Positions 1 through 13,274 of a stretch of DNA of 64,000 nucleotides are shown here, piece after piece. The DNA is from Octopus vulgaris (lineage: Eukaryota). Location of the stretch: contig OX597820.1 in NCBI GenBank assembly GCA_951406725.2, positions 47,244,001-47,308,000 on the forward strand, given 5' to 3'. A model generated the notes under the pieces. The model did no database searches, was not told where the DNA came from, and saw nothing but the letters and a program-made list of their open reading frames with translations. Made by a program: the position numbers and the translations under genes. Positions within the stretch are counted from its first letter, which is position 1; every line of letters begins with the position of its first letter.

Positions 1-710
1 AGATCCAAGTAAATAACAGTAATAATACAACTTTGGATTATCTGACTAGTTAACGGTCGCTTGGCTTCTGGCATTTACTTTTATTTTTTAAAACTTTTTT
101 TAAGGCTTCCAAAAATGACTAGATCTACCGGTCCCTCTTAGCTGTTTATTATCTGTTTCCAGTACTTGTACATGTTGCTTGCTTGATGCATGCAACTTTT
201 GTGTGACATTCTGCCAAGCTGTGTGTATGTAGACATGTACGTTTATGCGATTATCTTTGTACTAGTCTTTGCAAACTTTCATGTCAGTTTCATATTGATA
301 GAAGTTAGCATATATCCTTTTGTAAAACTAATGATACAATCTCTTTTTTATTGGTTTCAGCTAGTGACTGTGGCCATGCTGGGGCACTGCCGTTACATTT
401 TGATACTCAGCATTTTTTCATTCCTCTTAATTCTAATAAATCTAGATATTGCAATTTCAAAAGAAGACCAAATAAAATGGTAAAATAAACACCAATATAT
501 TATTAGAGGTATGATTCACTTGACTTCTTACCTCTACAATTTTGTGGCCTTGTCCCTTAGAAATATACTTTTGTTAGATTATCTTTCATTTCATAACATA
601 AGCTTGTTCTAATTTATTTTATTTTGGTCACATTTGGCTTGTATGCATTAGGTTTTTGATATTTTGGCTGTTCTTAATAAATTGGTGTTTGAAGATATTG
701 TAATATGGTT

Positions 711-855
711 GGGAGTGGCTGTGTGGCAAGAAGCTTGCTTCCTAACTACATGGTCCCTGGTTCAGTCCCACTTGGCCAAGTGTCTTCTACTATAGCCTCA
801 GGCCGACCAAAGCCTTGTGAATGGATTTGGTAGTTGGAAACTGAAAGAAGCCCAT

Positions 856-912
<57 letters not shown>

Positions 913-1433
913 CAATAAGAAAATGGAGGGGATCAATAAGTGGTATTCATCAATGTTTACACATTATATTATGTCAATTTATTTATTTATTTACTAAAAT
1001 GACAATTACAACAATATACATACATGTATAACATATGCTTTACATATATAATATAAAGATACCAGTAATTATTAAAATCTATAACATACAGGAATAGAAA
1101 TTGGGAAAATATCTTACAGCTGTTTCAGCCAAGAGGCAAAAATACCTCATTCTACCTTTATCACTCCAGTAGATTGAAGTAATTAGTAGATGAAATTGAG
1201 GTACTTGGGTGTTTCTGTAGGCTTCGTCGTATTTGTATGTCTGTGTTTGCCACCCAGCCATTGCTTGACAACTGATGTTGGTGTGTTTACACCCCTGTAA
1301 CTTACCAATTCAGCAAAAGAGACTAATAGAATAAGTACTAGGCTTACAAAGAATGTCCTGGGATTGATTTGTTCGACTAAATGTGGTGCTCCAGCACGGC
1401 CAGAGTCAAATGACTGAAACAAGTAAAAGAGTA
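711..1433 (+). mobile_element. tRNA-derived SINE family A (central TA/TG microsatellite), split by ~300 bp of intervening sequence
   Basis: Head ggagtggctgtgtgg...ggttcagtccc (A/B-box-like); 3' end ...aatgactgaaacaagtaaaagag. Confidence 0.8.
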
Positions 1434-1474
1434 TTCAATTTATTATTTTGTCCTTCTTAAATATCATGTTTCTA

Positions 1475-2224
1475 CCTGTTAGCATTCAGATTATTCTCTG
1501 AAATGTATTACTTATTTATTCATATTGTTTTCAATTAATCATGCATTATCTTGTAACTTTTGAGATATTGATGATGTGATTGTTTAATTTTAGAATGAAA
1601 TTATAGGGTAGATCAACATCAGTGGGATTTGTAGATGTGATACCAGTGCCGGTGGCACGTAAGAGCACCATCCGAACGTGGCTGTAGCCAGCGCCGCCCT
1701 GACTGGCCTCTGTGCCGGTGGCACGTAAAAAGCACTATCCGATCGTGGCCGTTGCCAGCTTTGCCTGGTATCCGTACCGGTGGCACGTAAAAAGCACCGT
1801 CCGATCGTGGCCGTTTGCCAGCCTCGTCTGGCACGTAAAAAGCACCCACTACACTCACAGAGTGGTTGGCGTTAGGAAGGGCATCCAGCTGTAGAAACAC
1901 TGCCAGATCAGACTGGGCCTGGTGCAGCCTTCTGGCTTCCCAGACCCCAGTTGAACCGTCCAACCCATGCTAGCATGGAAAGCAGACGTTAAACAATGAT
2001 GATGGCCAATTTGGACATAAAACAGGTAAAATATTTTGGCAGGATATATTTTGTCCAGTCTGCTGAGTGGTTGGTGTTAGGAAGGGCATCCAGCTGTAAA
2101 AAGCCTGCCAAAACAGATGCAGAAGTCTAGTCAGCTCCTGTTAAATTGTCCAACCCATGCCAGCATGGAAAGAGAACATTGAATGGTGATGATTATGATG
2201 ATGGCTGGTTTGACTGCTAAAAGG
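1475..2224 (+). mobile_element. TTAA (piggyBac-type) MITE interrupted by two RTE-tail insertions
   Basis: Left end cctgttagcattcaga and right end tgctaaaagg|ttaa; internal sequence matches the copies at 18925, 39932 and 48356. Confidence 0.7.
1645..2003 (+). mobile_element. RTE-tail element (family B) with four internal ~60-bp repeat units and a (GAT)n tail
   Basis: Repeated tggcacgtaaaaagcacc units; gagtggttggcgttaggaagggcatccagctgta core; ccatgctagcatgg palindrome; same 3' end as the LINE at 13275-15795. Confidence 0.85.
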
Positions 2225-5200
2225 TTAAACTATATTATTCTTGTTGTTCCTACTATGGTTAATCATTTGTCTAACCTAGACATTTGTCTGTCATTCCTAG
2301 AGATCCCACCACTATAGTATTACATCTATCTTTAGTAACTGCATAGCTGTAATCTTGTTTGTCATGTTGATACTTAATATTTGCTTCTTCCTTTTTCTCG
2401 ATGCTTATGTCTTCAGATATTATTTACAAAGTCAGAGATTGTACATAATAATATTTCCTTCTTCATTACAAGAATTGCAGTTTCCTTGTAACATATGGCA
2501 GCATATTGAACGCTAGAATCACAAACAATTTTGAGGTTGTTAAACTTACTCCTAAGAAAATGTTGCTATTCATACCATATCTCTACTTATCAAAATTTCT
2601 AAACAACATCCTATTTATCATTACTGAAGTTGTTTTTGATATCCTAGCTAAGTCAGTTTATTACATTCCCTTACCAAATAGGTAACACTTTCACCTAACT
2701 TACCACACATTTTACACACTAGAGATTCCTTAGTTATATCCATATGGTATGTAATGCAGTTCTCTGTTCTTAAGTTTGATTCTCTTAACCACCAAGCAAG
2801 TTTTAAACTAAACTATTAATCTCTCTAAACCTGACCATTTAGCATTCTCTTTCATTTCCAAATTCCCAAAATACTACCTCTACAATTTTCCAGAAACTAT
2901 GCAACTTTCAGACTTAACTATTCCAGTTGTGGTTCCACATTATTTCTTATCTACAATGTTACACTATAATTCCGCCTCCTCTAAATATCTTCACAGTAAA
3001 TCCACTCTGCTTCTTTTTAAGTACTGTTACTAGCTAGTTGTCAGTACTACTATGCACATAGCACAACATACCACTTTAGAACTTCTCTTTATGTAATCTA
3101 ATAAATCTAGATTGTTCAAAAATAGTTTTCACATATTTAGATGGATATCCATGCTGTAGAAATTATTTGTTGCTTTGAAAAAAACAATTCAGTTTTATTC
3201 AGATCTTTATTCTTGAAGCATGGCTCATGAGTATTTCTTGAAAACCCCTTATTACTGCAAGGAACTGTTAACTCGAGTTTTTGGTGAAATGATAAAATAT
3301 TTTGTATTTTTTAATCTCTTTCTCTCTCTCTTCCTCTCTTTACTTTAATATGCTATACCTTTTTTTTAATGGCTGTGTAGTTATGTACGCTGTACAACTA
3401 AGTATTTCAGGAGTTGATCCCATAGTGCAGCATTTTAAGTGTCTCTGTTGTAGCCTTTGGTTTAATGGTTTAAACTGGGTAGATGGGACATGTGTGGATT
3501 CCCTTCAGATATATGGGTGTGTTTGTTGGGGTTAGTGATGCTAAATAAGTGTGACAAACAAAAATAGCTGCTGCTATTTAGTTACACCCAAATTACACCA
3601 CTTTTCACCAAGGTCAACTTTCTATCATCCCTCATATGACTATGAGGGTTGATATCAACCAAATTCTTAATTGTGATGCTCCAACATGGCCACAGTTTAA
3701 CAATTTAAACCCCAGTAAAAGAATGTTAATGATATAACAATCATTTTTAATAAGTCAACTCTTGTTTTCTATCATAACTTAGCTCTTAGCATCTTCCAAA
3801 TTTATATAATAATCCATTCATTTGTCACATTAATAGCTTCAGTTCCAAACTATGGCTATTTTTGGTCTTGACCACAGTTAACCTCACATAATGAAGTGTG
3901 CCATTGGTCTGTCTGGAATAATTTGTCAGTGTGCAGTTAGTCATTTGAAATGATTCCAAGTTGTTAAATGTGAATTTTTCATGGTCTGTGAGGAAAGGTT
4001 GGTAAGGGGCTGCTTAGTTTCCAGATTTGAAGAGTCCTTAAATTATGTTGATTTCTTTGAGATAGTGCATTCTCCATTTGAAATTAAACAAAGCAAGAAA
4101 GACCATTACAATGATGGCTGGAATATGCGTTGTGTGTGTGTGTATGCATACATATTTCTTCTCGTTTATTGACCCCATTGTCATCCATTTTGTTATTCTC
4201 TCAAAAATGGCACACACCTTCCCAAACCTCAATTCTTGGAAGAAGAGAAATGGTAAGTTGTAACCAACTGCCCTTGTAGACTTGCTGGGAATAGAACCTG
4301 AGTGGTTAATACAATCCAGTTCCTAGGCCATGGGTCTTGTTACTGACATTGCAATGTTACCCAACTTGGCAGTATGCTCAAAAGCCTCTTTGGCTGTCTC
4401 GCATACACTGACATGATTACGCACATAGGCATATGCAAAATGATGCTGACAATAACGATGACAACTCTTTGCATACATACACTCACATACATTCACACGT
4501 AACACGTACATGGATTTCAGAGTATGTGTTGTCTTAGTTAACTAACAGAATGGGTGATAAAGTCGGTATATGAAAAACAACGTAACCAGATATCTCTGTC
4601 AACAAGTTATGAATACCTCAGTGCCTTACACCAAAAATATCTCTTGCTATAACATACAAACTTAGCTTTCATGCTGTTGCTTAATCTTGCAGAGAGTGGT
4701 GGAGGAGCAGACACTGGCTTATCTTTCTTTTACATTTTCTATGTACACATATGTATATAACACCAGGGGAGAATAAATAAACACACACACACACACACAC
4801 ACACACTCTTTCTCTCTCTCTCTCCTAAATCATGACAAAACTGAAAAATGTTTATAAAACCGTCTGTCTTCTGTCCTTACATAATTACATATTCTACATT
4901 CTTACATTTGAATGCTTTAATATTATACATATTAACATATCCTGCACATATACACATTTACATGATTTATACATATACACCTGTATATGAGATATGTGTA
5001 CGCATCTATACAATATCTGCATGCTTACAGTTTATGCATACATACTTTGTCCTCTAGTTATACAGCTATACAGATTCTACATACACATCTATACAATGTC
5101 TACGTATACAGTTATACACTCCTTCCCTTGTCGTTATGAATTGGTATTCTAATTTGAAACTTGGTTTAAAAAAAACAAACACTTGGAAAGTTCATTTCTG

Positions 5201-7789
5201 TTCCTCTTCCTCTGCCTTGATAACTCCCTCACTACCTTCCTCTCTTTTAAGTAGTCTCCCATCTATTTTATTGACTTTGTTAAAATTTGAGAGATAGAAG
5301 TACTCAGAGGAGCTGCTTGCTGCCCATGTTTTAGATGTGGAGTGAGTTAGATGGAGAATGCAAATATAAAATGGTGTTGGTATATAACTTTCTTGGGTTT
5401 CCAAAGCCTTCGTAGATGTCTGGTGGATGGGGAAGGTCCATCTTTTAATTGATCCTCAGCACTATTATCTAACCATATCAAGCTATCTGGGGCCCTTTTT
5501 TACTTCCCGAGTGCACTTTAATTTGATGATTATATCATCGTAAAAGCTTTTTCCAAAGTCTTAGTCTAAAATAGATTAAATCGCACTGAATAATTAAATG
5601 CAACTCTTGATTTCTATTTTAACACCAGTTTTCCATACTGGCATGGGTTGGACAATTTGACAAAAGTTGGCCAGCTGAACAGCTGCCTGAGCTCCATGTC
5701 TGTTTTGGTATGGTTTCTATAGCTGCATGCCCTTCCTAATGCCAACCACTTTACAGAGTATACTGGGTGCTTTTATGCAGCACTGGCATGGGTGCTTTTT
5801 ACATGGAACCAGCACCCACTTGCTAAATTTTCTTTTAGTGGTTAGGCTTGGTTCTTGATGAGCAAAGCATTTGTGGGCCTCTCGTTGAAAAAGTTAGCCC
5901 CTCTTGCCCTAAACCCCATATTACGAACTGTGATAATCATCTAATAACCCCTAGTTGATTCTTGTTGAGGTTTTTTAAAGACAACCTTAATGTAACACAC
6001 CTTGGTTGTTTATTTCTCATATTTACTGGTTTACTGTTATTAAGCATTTAGTTGATATATTCAGCATATTATGACTGATATAAATGAAGTGGCTGAGAGG
6101 GAAAAGATAGTGAATTACCAGCTCAAGGGCTGTGAGTTGAAATCTTCTTCATTCTACTTGCATACTGATACAGTTCAACCAGTTGCTGGTAAGGGACAAG
6201 GCAGAGATCATCTGTGATCTGTGAGAAACTTATTTCTGTAAACTAATGTTTTGATTAGCCAGGAGAATATTTCTCTCTCATTCACTAAAAAAAAAAAAAA
6301 AAAAAAGTGCTCAAAGTGAGCTGACAATGAAGCATGTATTTGTATACTTGATCTAATTGTCTAAGTCTTCTTTGAAAGTTTAAAACAGTAGGTGTGATTC
6401 AAAGTCCTGTACTACAAATAACAGCAAATTTTGCTGAGTCCTTAACAGCCTGCAACTGCAATTCAAATAGTTTTGTTAAAACCTTCTACAGTGCAAGTTT
6501 AGCTTCAATTTAGAAAGAAGTTCCTACTGAAAGACTTTGTTTAAACCACGTGTGTTTATTGAGTGAATTTCTTTGGATTCTTCTCTTTTGATTTTCAAGC
6601 AACATGGCAGATAATACCTTGAGCATTGAGTTAGTATTCAATGATACTATTTGTTTACGATTTAATTAGAGGAGGGAGAGCTTCAAGTTGAGGAAAATAA
6701 TGTGATCTAACAGTGTCATCTGCACACACCAGTCATTTAAGTATTATTGGGCTTTATTGATTCTGAGCAATAGGGAAATGTTCATTAGAACATTTCATCA
6801 AAATTTAGTTCCTAGCTAGATTGGGCGATTTATGTTGAGAAAGTACCACAGGAATTTAAGAGTTAAAATGTAAATAAGTATTAGACACAATATCTGAAAA
6901 AGAAGAAAAAAATGGTCAGAACATCTTTATCATCCCTGCTTGATCAGGAATGACTTAAACCTAAACATTTGCTAACATTCCACTCATGTAATCTTTAATA
7001 GAATGTTCGGTGTAAATAGAAGATCATTTAAAAAATCCCCTAAGTATTACAGTGCCATGACTGGATGTCAGCCTCATGGTGAAAAACTTGTTGATAAAAA
7101 CGTTAAACAGTTCATATTGTAACCTTGTCTAACTGTACTTTTTGATTATTGTTCTGCCCCATGTCAGCCCTTATCCAGCAGTCCTATCAATGGTGTCCCA
7201 ACCTGAACAACTTTGACTTTCTCAAGCCTTATGTGTTTTAATTTTTTTTCTGAGGCGGAAGAACTTCTGAGATTGTTAAGAGGAAGTTATCCTCAAGCTG
7301 AAGTCCTGGTCTTCATATTATAAACACTGCTGAGGGTAGGCTAGGTAGTTGTGTTCAACCAGGCAACTGATTAGATTTACTATCTCAGAATAGGAAACGT
7401 CTTTGTGATAGGTTTTTACACTGTTTCTTTCTGTCAAATTTCACTTATTAACCTTTGACTGATTTGAGGCTATGGTAGAAGACTCCAAGCAATGGGGTGT
7501 CAAACCTGAAGCCATGCAGTTGTGAAGCAAACTTCTTAACTACACTGCCATGCATACACTTATTAGGGCTACATGCATCTTGCAATGTGATCCTGATCTT
7601 TGAAACATTAGGGTATAATTTTGAGGAAAAGTTGGCTGTTGTTTCTAGTAGGTTGAACATCGTTGGAGAGGTTGTCATATCAGCTCATTTATGATTTTTT
7701 TTTTTTGTGGTTAATGTTGACTAAGTAAAGTGTTATGTATCATTATCATTTTAATGAAATTTTAATTAAAGTAGTAACACTTTAATATT

Positions 7790-8340
7790 GACACAGTCAT
7801 GAGTGGGCTAGCATTAAGAAGGTTAAGGATTAAACTTTTTTTTTGTTTGGTCATTGCTGCATTTTGGCCAGTCCTTGGCATAACCATTAAGTGCAACAGG
7901 CTCTGATTGTCAATACAATATGTTGATAGTTGGTCTTTTGATCTAGACAATAGGAAAATGATTGACTGGTTGGAATGTTGTCTACTTTGCTTCATATCTT
8001 ATTACTGAGCCAAGACCTGTTTTATGTTTTCTTTGTGACAAATGGATAGCATACAAAAGAAGTGCATGCCACTGCTGTACCAAACCATATAACAGTGTGA
8101 TAAATAGATAATACACAGAAATACAATCCACTGATGTAAGGAGAGGCAGTCCTTTAGCATTGAAAAGTGATCTTGTTACCTTGTAGTATTCTTCAGTTTC
8201 TCATGCTGAAGAAAGGCAGGCTTTGCTAAGTTGACTAAGATACATGAGATGAAATCTATATTTCATTGGTGCTTTTGTCACTTGGTACCCAACGACAATT
8301 ACCATCATTGAAATTCAGCACATCTACCACCTTCTGTAGA
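7790..8340 (-). pseudogene. Possible ancient RTE-like LINE C-terminal remnant
   Basis: TLLYG-like peptide followed by DNIP and LLSRSK; very degenerate. Confidence 0.3.
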
Positions 8341-8349
8341 TTAGTTTAA

Positions 8350-8692
8350 GGGTAATGGTTCAGTAGTTAGTGTCAAGCTCGCAATCATGAGGTCGTGAGT
8401 TCAGTTCCTAGACAGGGCTGTGTAGTTGTGCTCTTGAGCAAGACACTTTATTTCCTGTTGCTCCAGTCCACTCAGCTGTAGAAATGAGTTGTGATGTCAC
8501 TGGTGCCAAGCTGTATCAGTCTTTGCCTTTCCCTTGGATAACATCAGTGGCATAGGAAGGGGAGGTGGCTAGTATGCATGGGTGACTGTTGATCTTCCAT
8601 AAACAACCTTGCCCGAACTTGTGCCTTGGAGGGGAACTTTCTAGGTGCAATCCCATGGTCAGTCATGACCGAAAGGGGTCTTTACCCTACCC
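8350..8692 (+). mobile_element. tRNA-derived SINE of a separate family
   Basis: A-box-like tggttcagtagtt and B-box-like gagttcagttcc, then the conserved-domain-like cttgagcaagacactttat...ccagtccactcagctg; a related decayed copy lies at about 20520-20620. Confidence 0.7.
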
Positions 8693-9312
8693 TGTGCAAT
8701 TATGATAAAGCATTGATTTTTAGCCAGGGTTTTTACCAAATTGGTAAGTGTATTGGATTTCACCCCCCCCCCACCTCATTTATTTATTTAATTATTTTAA
8801 ACCAACATTTATACCTTACTTTTCAACATCAAATATCAACAAATGTTGAAGCAAGTGAAGTCATTTACATATTTGAGAAACCAAGGAACAGGACTTTTTC
8901 GAGAATATTTACCAGTTAAAATGTCTGAAATGAGTTGCTGTTAATAAGAATGTATATATATATCGTTTTCCAAACTATCAACCCCATCTTTATACTTTGT
9001 TTACAATATTTATACACACACACACTATATTTCTACAGTTTGCTCAGTTTTGTCCTCTGCTTATCTCCAGGAATAATATACTTGATAACAGAGATCAAAT
9101 TATAGTGTGTGTATGTATGTATAAGACAATAACTTTTGTGCTGGGCATGACAACTTATTTTAAAGCAAACATCTTTGTAAATAGATAGCTGACCTCATTT
9201 TCGAAGTCTGTATTTAGAAAACACACACACACACAAAGTTTGTATGCGTGTCTGTGTATGTATATGTGTGTTTGTGTGTGTGTGTATATATATATGTGTA
9301 TATATATGTATA

Positions 9313-10513
9313 TCAGGACATTAAGAATGAAAAGTCTTGATTTTCTTATGTGCCAAGTTTGACGGTTGTTAACTTTAATGCTTTATCCTGACGATTCTTT
9401 GTTTTACAACATTGAAAAGTTACATCATCTCTTTTCGAAATCCAGTTCATGGTGGCTAATTATATTGTGAATTTTCTCTTGTAAATCAATTTTTGTGAAC
9501 CCATAAATAGATAAAAAATTTGTGTTGTTTGTGAATTTGAGTTCTGTCATGGAATCAATGCATTTCGGACAGCTTGAAACATCAATGAGGTGTTTGGTGA
9601 AGATGTGGCGAATGAGCGCACTGTATGTTGATGGTTTGAGAAGTTCCAGTCTGGTGGCTTTACTCTTGAAAATCAGCCCTGTGGTAAACTTGAGACCGAG
9701 GTGGTTAATGATGAGCTGAAAACTGCAGTGGAAGCAGATACATCTCAAACTATGTGTGAATTAGTAAGGTTTGATGTTTTGATTCCAACTGTATTGGACC
9801 ATCTAAAGCAAATCAGCAAGGTAAAGAAGCTGGACAAGTGGGTACCACACGAACTGAGCAAGCATCAAATGACACATCGTCTTGAAACTTGCTGTTCTTT
9901 ACTGTCATGGCATAAAAGCGAACCATTTTTGCATTGTATTGTTACAAATGATGAAAAATGGATTCTTTTCAACCATAGCAAGTTTTCTGCTCAGTGGTTG
10001 GATAGAGACAAAGTGCCAAAATACAATCCAAAAAAGATGATTCACCAAGAAAAGCTAATGGTGTCTGTTTGGTGGTCTAGCACTGGTGTCATCTGCTACA
10101 GCTTCATGAGACCTGGTACGTCAATTACAGCAGATGAAATGATGAGTGAATTTGCAATTAAACAACTGAGATTGGTAAATAGAGACTGCAAGACAACGCT
10201 ACTCAAGTTACAGGAATTGAACTTGGAGGTTCTCTGTCATTCACCATATTCACCAGAGCTTGCCCCAAATGACTATCACATTTTCCAGGCATTACAGAAC
10301 TTTTTGCAAGGAAAAACTTCAAATCTGAAGAAGATGCAAAAGCAGCCTTTCATGATTTCATCACTTCTTGCTCTTCGGAATTCTTTGCTGCCAATAAAAT
10401 GGTGAAATTGTGTTGATAATTTAGGTGCATACTTTAACTGCATTGCCTTTTGTTGAGATTAAGTAAAATAAACCTTCAGTTCAAAATCGGACATTTCATT
10501 CTTAATGACCTGA
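9313..10513 (+). mobile_element. Mariner DNA transposon, both ends present, inactive
   Basis: ~31-bp TIRs (tcaggacattaagaatgaaaagtc... / ...gacatttcattcttaatgacctga) with TA on both sides; about 1.2 kb long. Confidence 0.93.
9505..10405 (+). pseudogene. Mariner transposase pseudogene
   Basis: WVPHEL, IVTNDEKW and HSPYSPELAPNDY motifs. There are in-frame stops in the N-terminal HTH part, the HDNA segment carrying the second catalytic Asp is deleted, and the C-terminus is frameshifted. Confidence 0.9.
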
Positions 10514-11272
10514 TACATACATACATACATACATACATACATAAATAATGATTTTAATATATATATTTTCTAAATACACAGTTCAAAAATGAGGTCAACT
10601 GTCTATTTACAAAGATCTGTGTTTGCTTTAAAATACTTTGTAATGCCCGGCACAAAAATTGCATTGAATATATAGGTGTGTGTGTGTATTTGTGGGTAAC
10701 TTGTATTGAGTGATTTCATTTACAGAAAATCTGTTCTGTATTTGCATTTCTATAACTGTGCATTACTGCTGTTCATAGTTAATGCCACTGCAGGCTAAAG
10801 AGCAGGATGACATTTGATTTGTGAGATGTGCTGAGGATTAGGTCTTCTGGTATATGGAGGTATGGGACTGTTTGGGTAATTGATTCTCAACAGTATTTGA
10901 TATTTATACTTCAACAATTTTGTGCTACTGTCATGACTAGGCTTTCATATTGACCAGTAGGAGGGTTGTTGATTTAGACTTGCATTCCCTTTTAGGTGTG
11001 TTTGTGTGTGTAAGTGAGAGAGGAGAGAGAGATAAGGGTAAGTTAAAATTTGAATCACATTCATTTTCTAAAATATTTATTTCAAGCATTTTATTTTTAA
11101 ATTTTAAATTTAGTAGTTCAAATTTACAAATCACTACAGTGAATCTATTCCCTCCCTCTTTACAGTAAAAAAATTAATTTTCTCTTTGCTTATTTTGCAA
11201 ATTAGATGTGGCCAAGTTTACTGGCTCACTGTGTTGTGACATTTAATCTATCTGTCCTCCCCTCACTCTGTC

Positions 11273-11321
<49 letters not shown>

Positions 11322-12130
11322 GTGTGTGTGTATTGTGTAAATCGATATTTAGCAAGGTCCTTTGTTCTTTAGTTTGATATATCCCATCTGTTGCTGAAAA
11401 TGAAGTGCAAGACACAATAAATATATACATAAACTTACATAGATTTGGAGCATGCCATATAGCTTTCATTATACAAAGACTTTGGACAATTGTAAATCAA
11501 CCATAGGTATATATTAAAATAAATTATGAATAAGGTATATTCTCTTACTTGGGTTCAAGCACTGAATTTATATCATAAAAGTTAAGTTCAGTTCATTTTA
11601 TGATCTTCGTGAGAAGGTAGAACTCAGTGCAAAATTCAAGCCTAGGAAATGTAGTTGGGACTCAGGTCTTAATTTATGTATTATTGGATGGTTCTCAGTT
11701 GTTTATTTGCATATTTACCCCTCTTTGTATAATAAAAATTGCATAATTGTTACCTAATTTGCCAATTTGATCAGAATTGTCACAAAAAGCCAGTAAAAAT
11801 AAAAGGCAAGAAAGAATCAAATATGAATATCTTAAACCCCATGTTGGGATATTTTTTTATAGGGTAAACTCTGTGTTGAGTGGGGCGGAGAAGTATCCAT
11901 GCCATTAAATCTGTTCACTGGTTTCATGCTGGGTAGCCATGTGGCTGTTGGCAATATCCCCCAAGACTATAAACACTTTTGAAAAGACTTTAGGACAATG
12001 TATTCTTCATACCTCTATAAAAAAGACAAGATGGTATTGGATAAAGTGCCTTTGATCATTGGTTTGTTCAATCAAATACTGACCTGGGGTTAAACCACAA
12101 CATAATCATTTTGTGTGTGTATGTTTGGAT

Positions 12131-12186
<56 letters not shown>

Positions 12187-13274
12187 CGTGTATGTATGTA
12201 TATACATATATACACACACTCGTATGTATATATACACATACACTCTTACACATACATTCACATATACTTGGAGCTGTATATTTGATTTGCCCTTCTAAGA
12301 CTCAGTAATGTTGGGAGTGAGCAGCATTGAACATCATGCATGGAATTTGTTTGGTATTTACGTAACATACATACAGCAGGTAAGTAAGAGAATTGTAGGG
12401 TCCAATGTCAGAAATCTGGACCTGTGCAAAATTGCAGCTGAAAGCAAAAAGCCACATGCTGGGTCCACGAAGCAGAATACTTGAAGAGTATCAGAGAAGA
12501 CTGAAAGAAAGAAAAATATTTGAAAAATCATTAAAATTTTTTTTAATTAAATATAATTAAAACCATAATATTTTTGTGTTTTTTTTTCTTCGTTATTTGT
12601 ATTTTATTTGTTTTGTTTTTCTTTCTGTTTGAGAGTTGATTGGACACTAATTGTTCCTGTCTTGGCATTGTGTTGTGTCTATGGACAAGACTATCAATTA
12701 GTCCTGTCTACTTCGATGCAAGTAAGAGTGCTCTTCTGCTATTAATAGTAGTAGTAGTAGTAGCAGCAGCAGCACTGTGTAAAAGTGGTTTGTTAGCATG
12801 TAGTGCTGGGTGTAACTGCCTTCTGAGAAGGAGTAGAAGTCAAGAGGAGGTGATTATCATTTGACACATCATTGCATCCCATTGTTTCAGAAAACAGTGA
12901 TGAGATGCTTAATGTATCTCTAATGACATAACTAATTAACCAACATGCAGGAAGTGGTTTGACAACTGAAGCTGGTGTGTTTATGTCCCTGAAACTTAGT
13001 ACTTAGCAGTTCAGCAAAAGAGAGTGATAGAATAAATACCAGGCTTTATAGAAACAAGCAAGTACTGGGATTGATTCGTTGAACTAAAGTGCTTCGAGGA
13101 TGTTGCCCCAGCATGGCTCACAGTCTAATGACTGAAATAAGATGTATGAATGCTCACAGAGTTTTAAATACTGGTTATATTGTCATGCAATTCAGATTAA
13201 ATCACTGGCCCAAGAAGCTGTATAGTGAGAATGAGCCTGAATTCATTTCGTTACGGGATGATCCTTACAACATA

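Larger units (their letters stand above)
9131..10660. repeat. ~90-bp inverted repeat pair (9131-9221 and 10566-10660) enclosing the mariner; probably an older MITE or foldback element
   Basis: aacttttgtgctgggcatgacaac...gtatttagaaaa matches the reverse complement of ttttctaaatac...gcccggcacaaaaatt with scattered mismatches. Confidence 0.8.

Noticed and set aside
1645-1850. Regularly spaced short direct repeats resembling a CRISPR array
   Set aside because: The spacers are similar to each other, the block recurs as part of a dispersed retroelement, there are no cas genes, and the context is eukaryotic
2280-3230. Possible ancient CR1/L2-like remnant on the minus strand
   Set aside because: Only faint peptide resemblance (LAFNMLP); too degenerate to support without a profile search
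9701-10405. Functional mariner transposase or SETMAR-like gene
   Set aside because: N-terminal stops, deleted second catalytic Asp region, frameshifted C-terminus and no SET exon nearby
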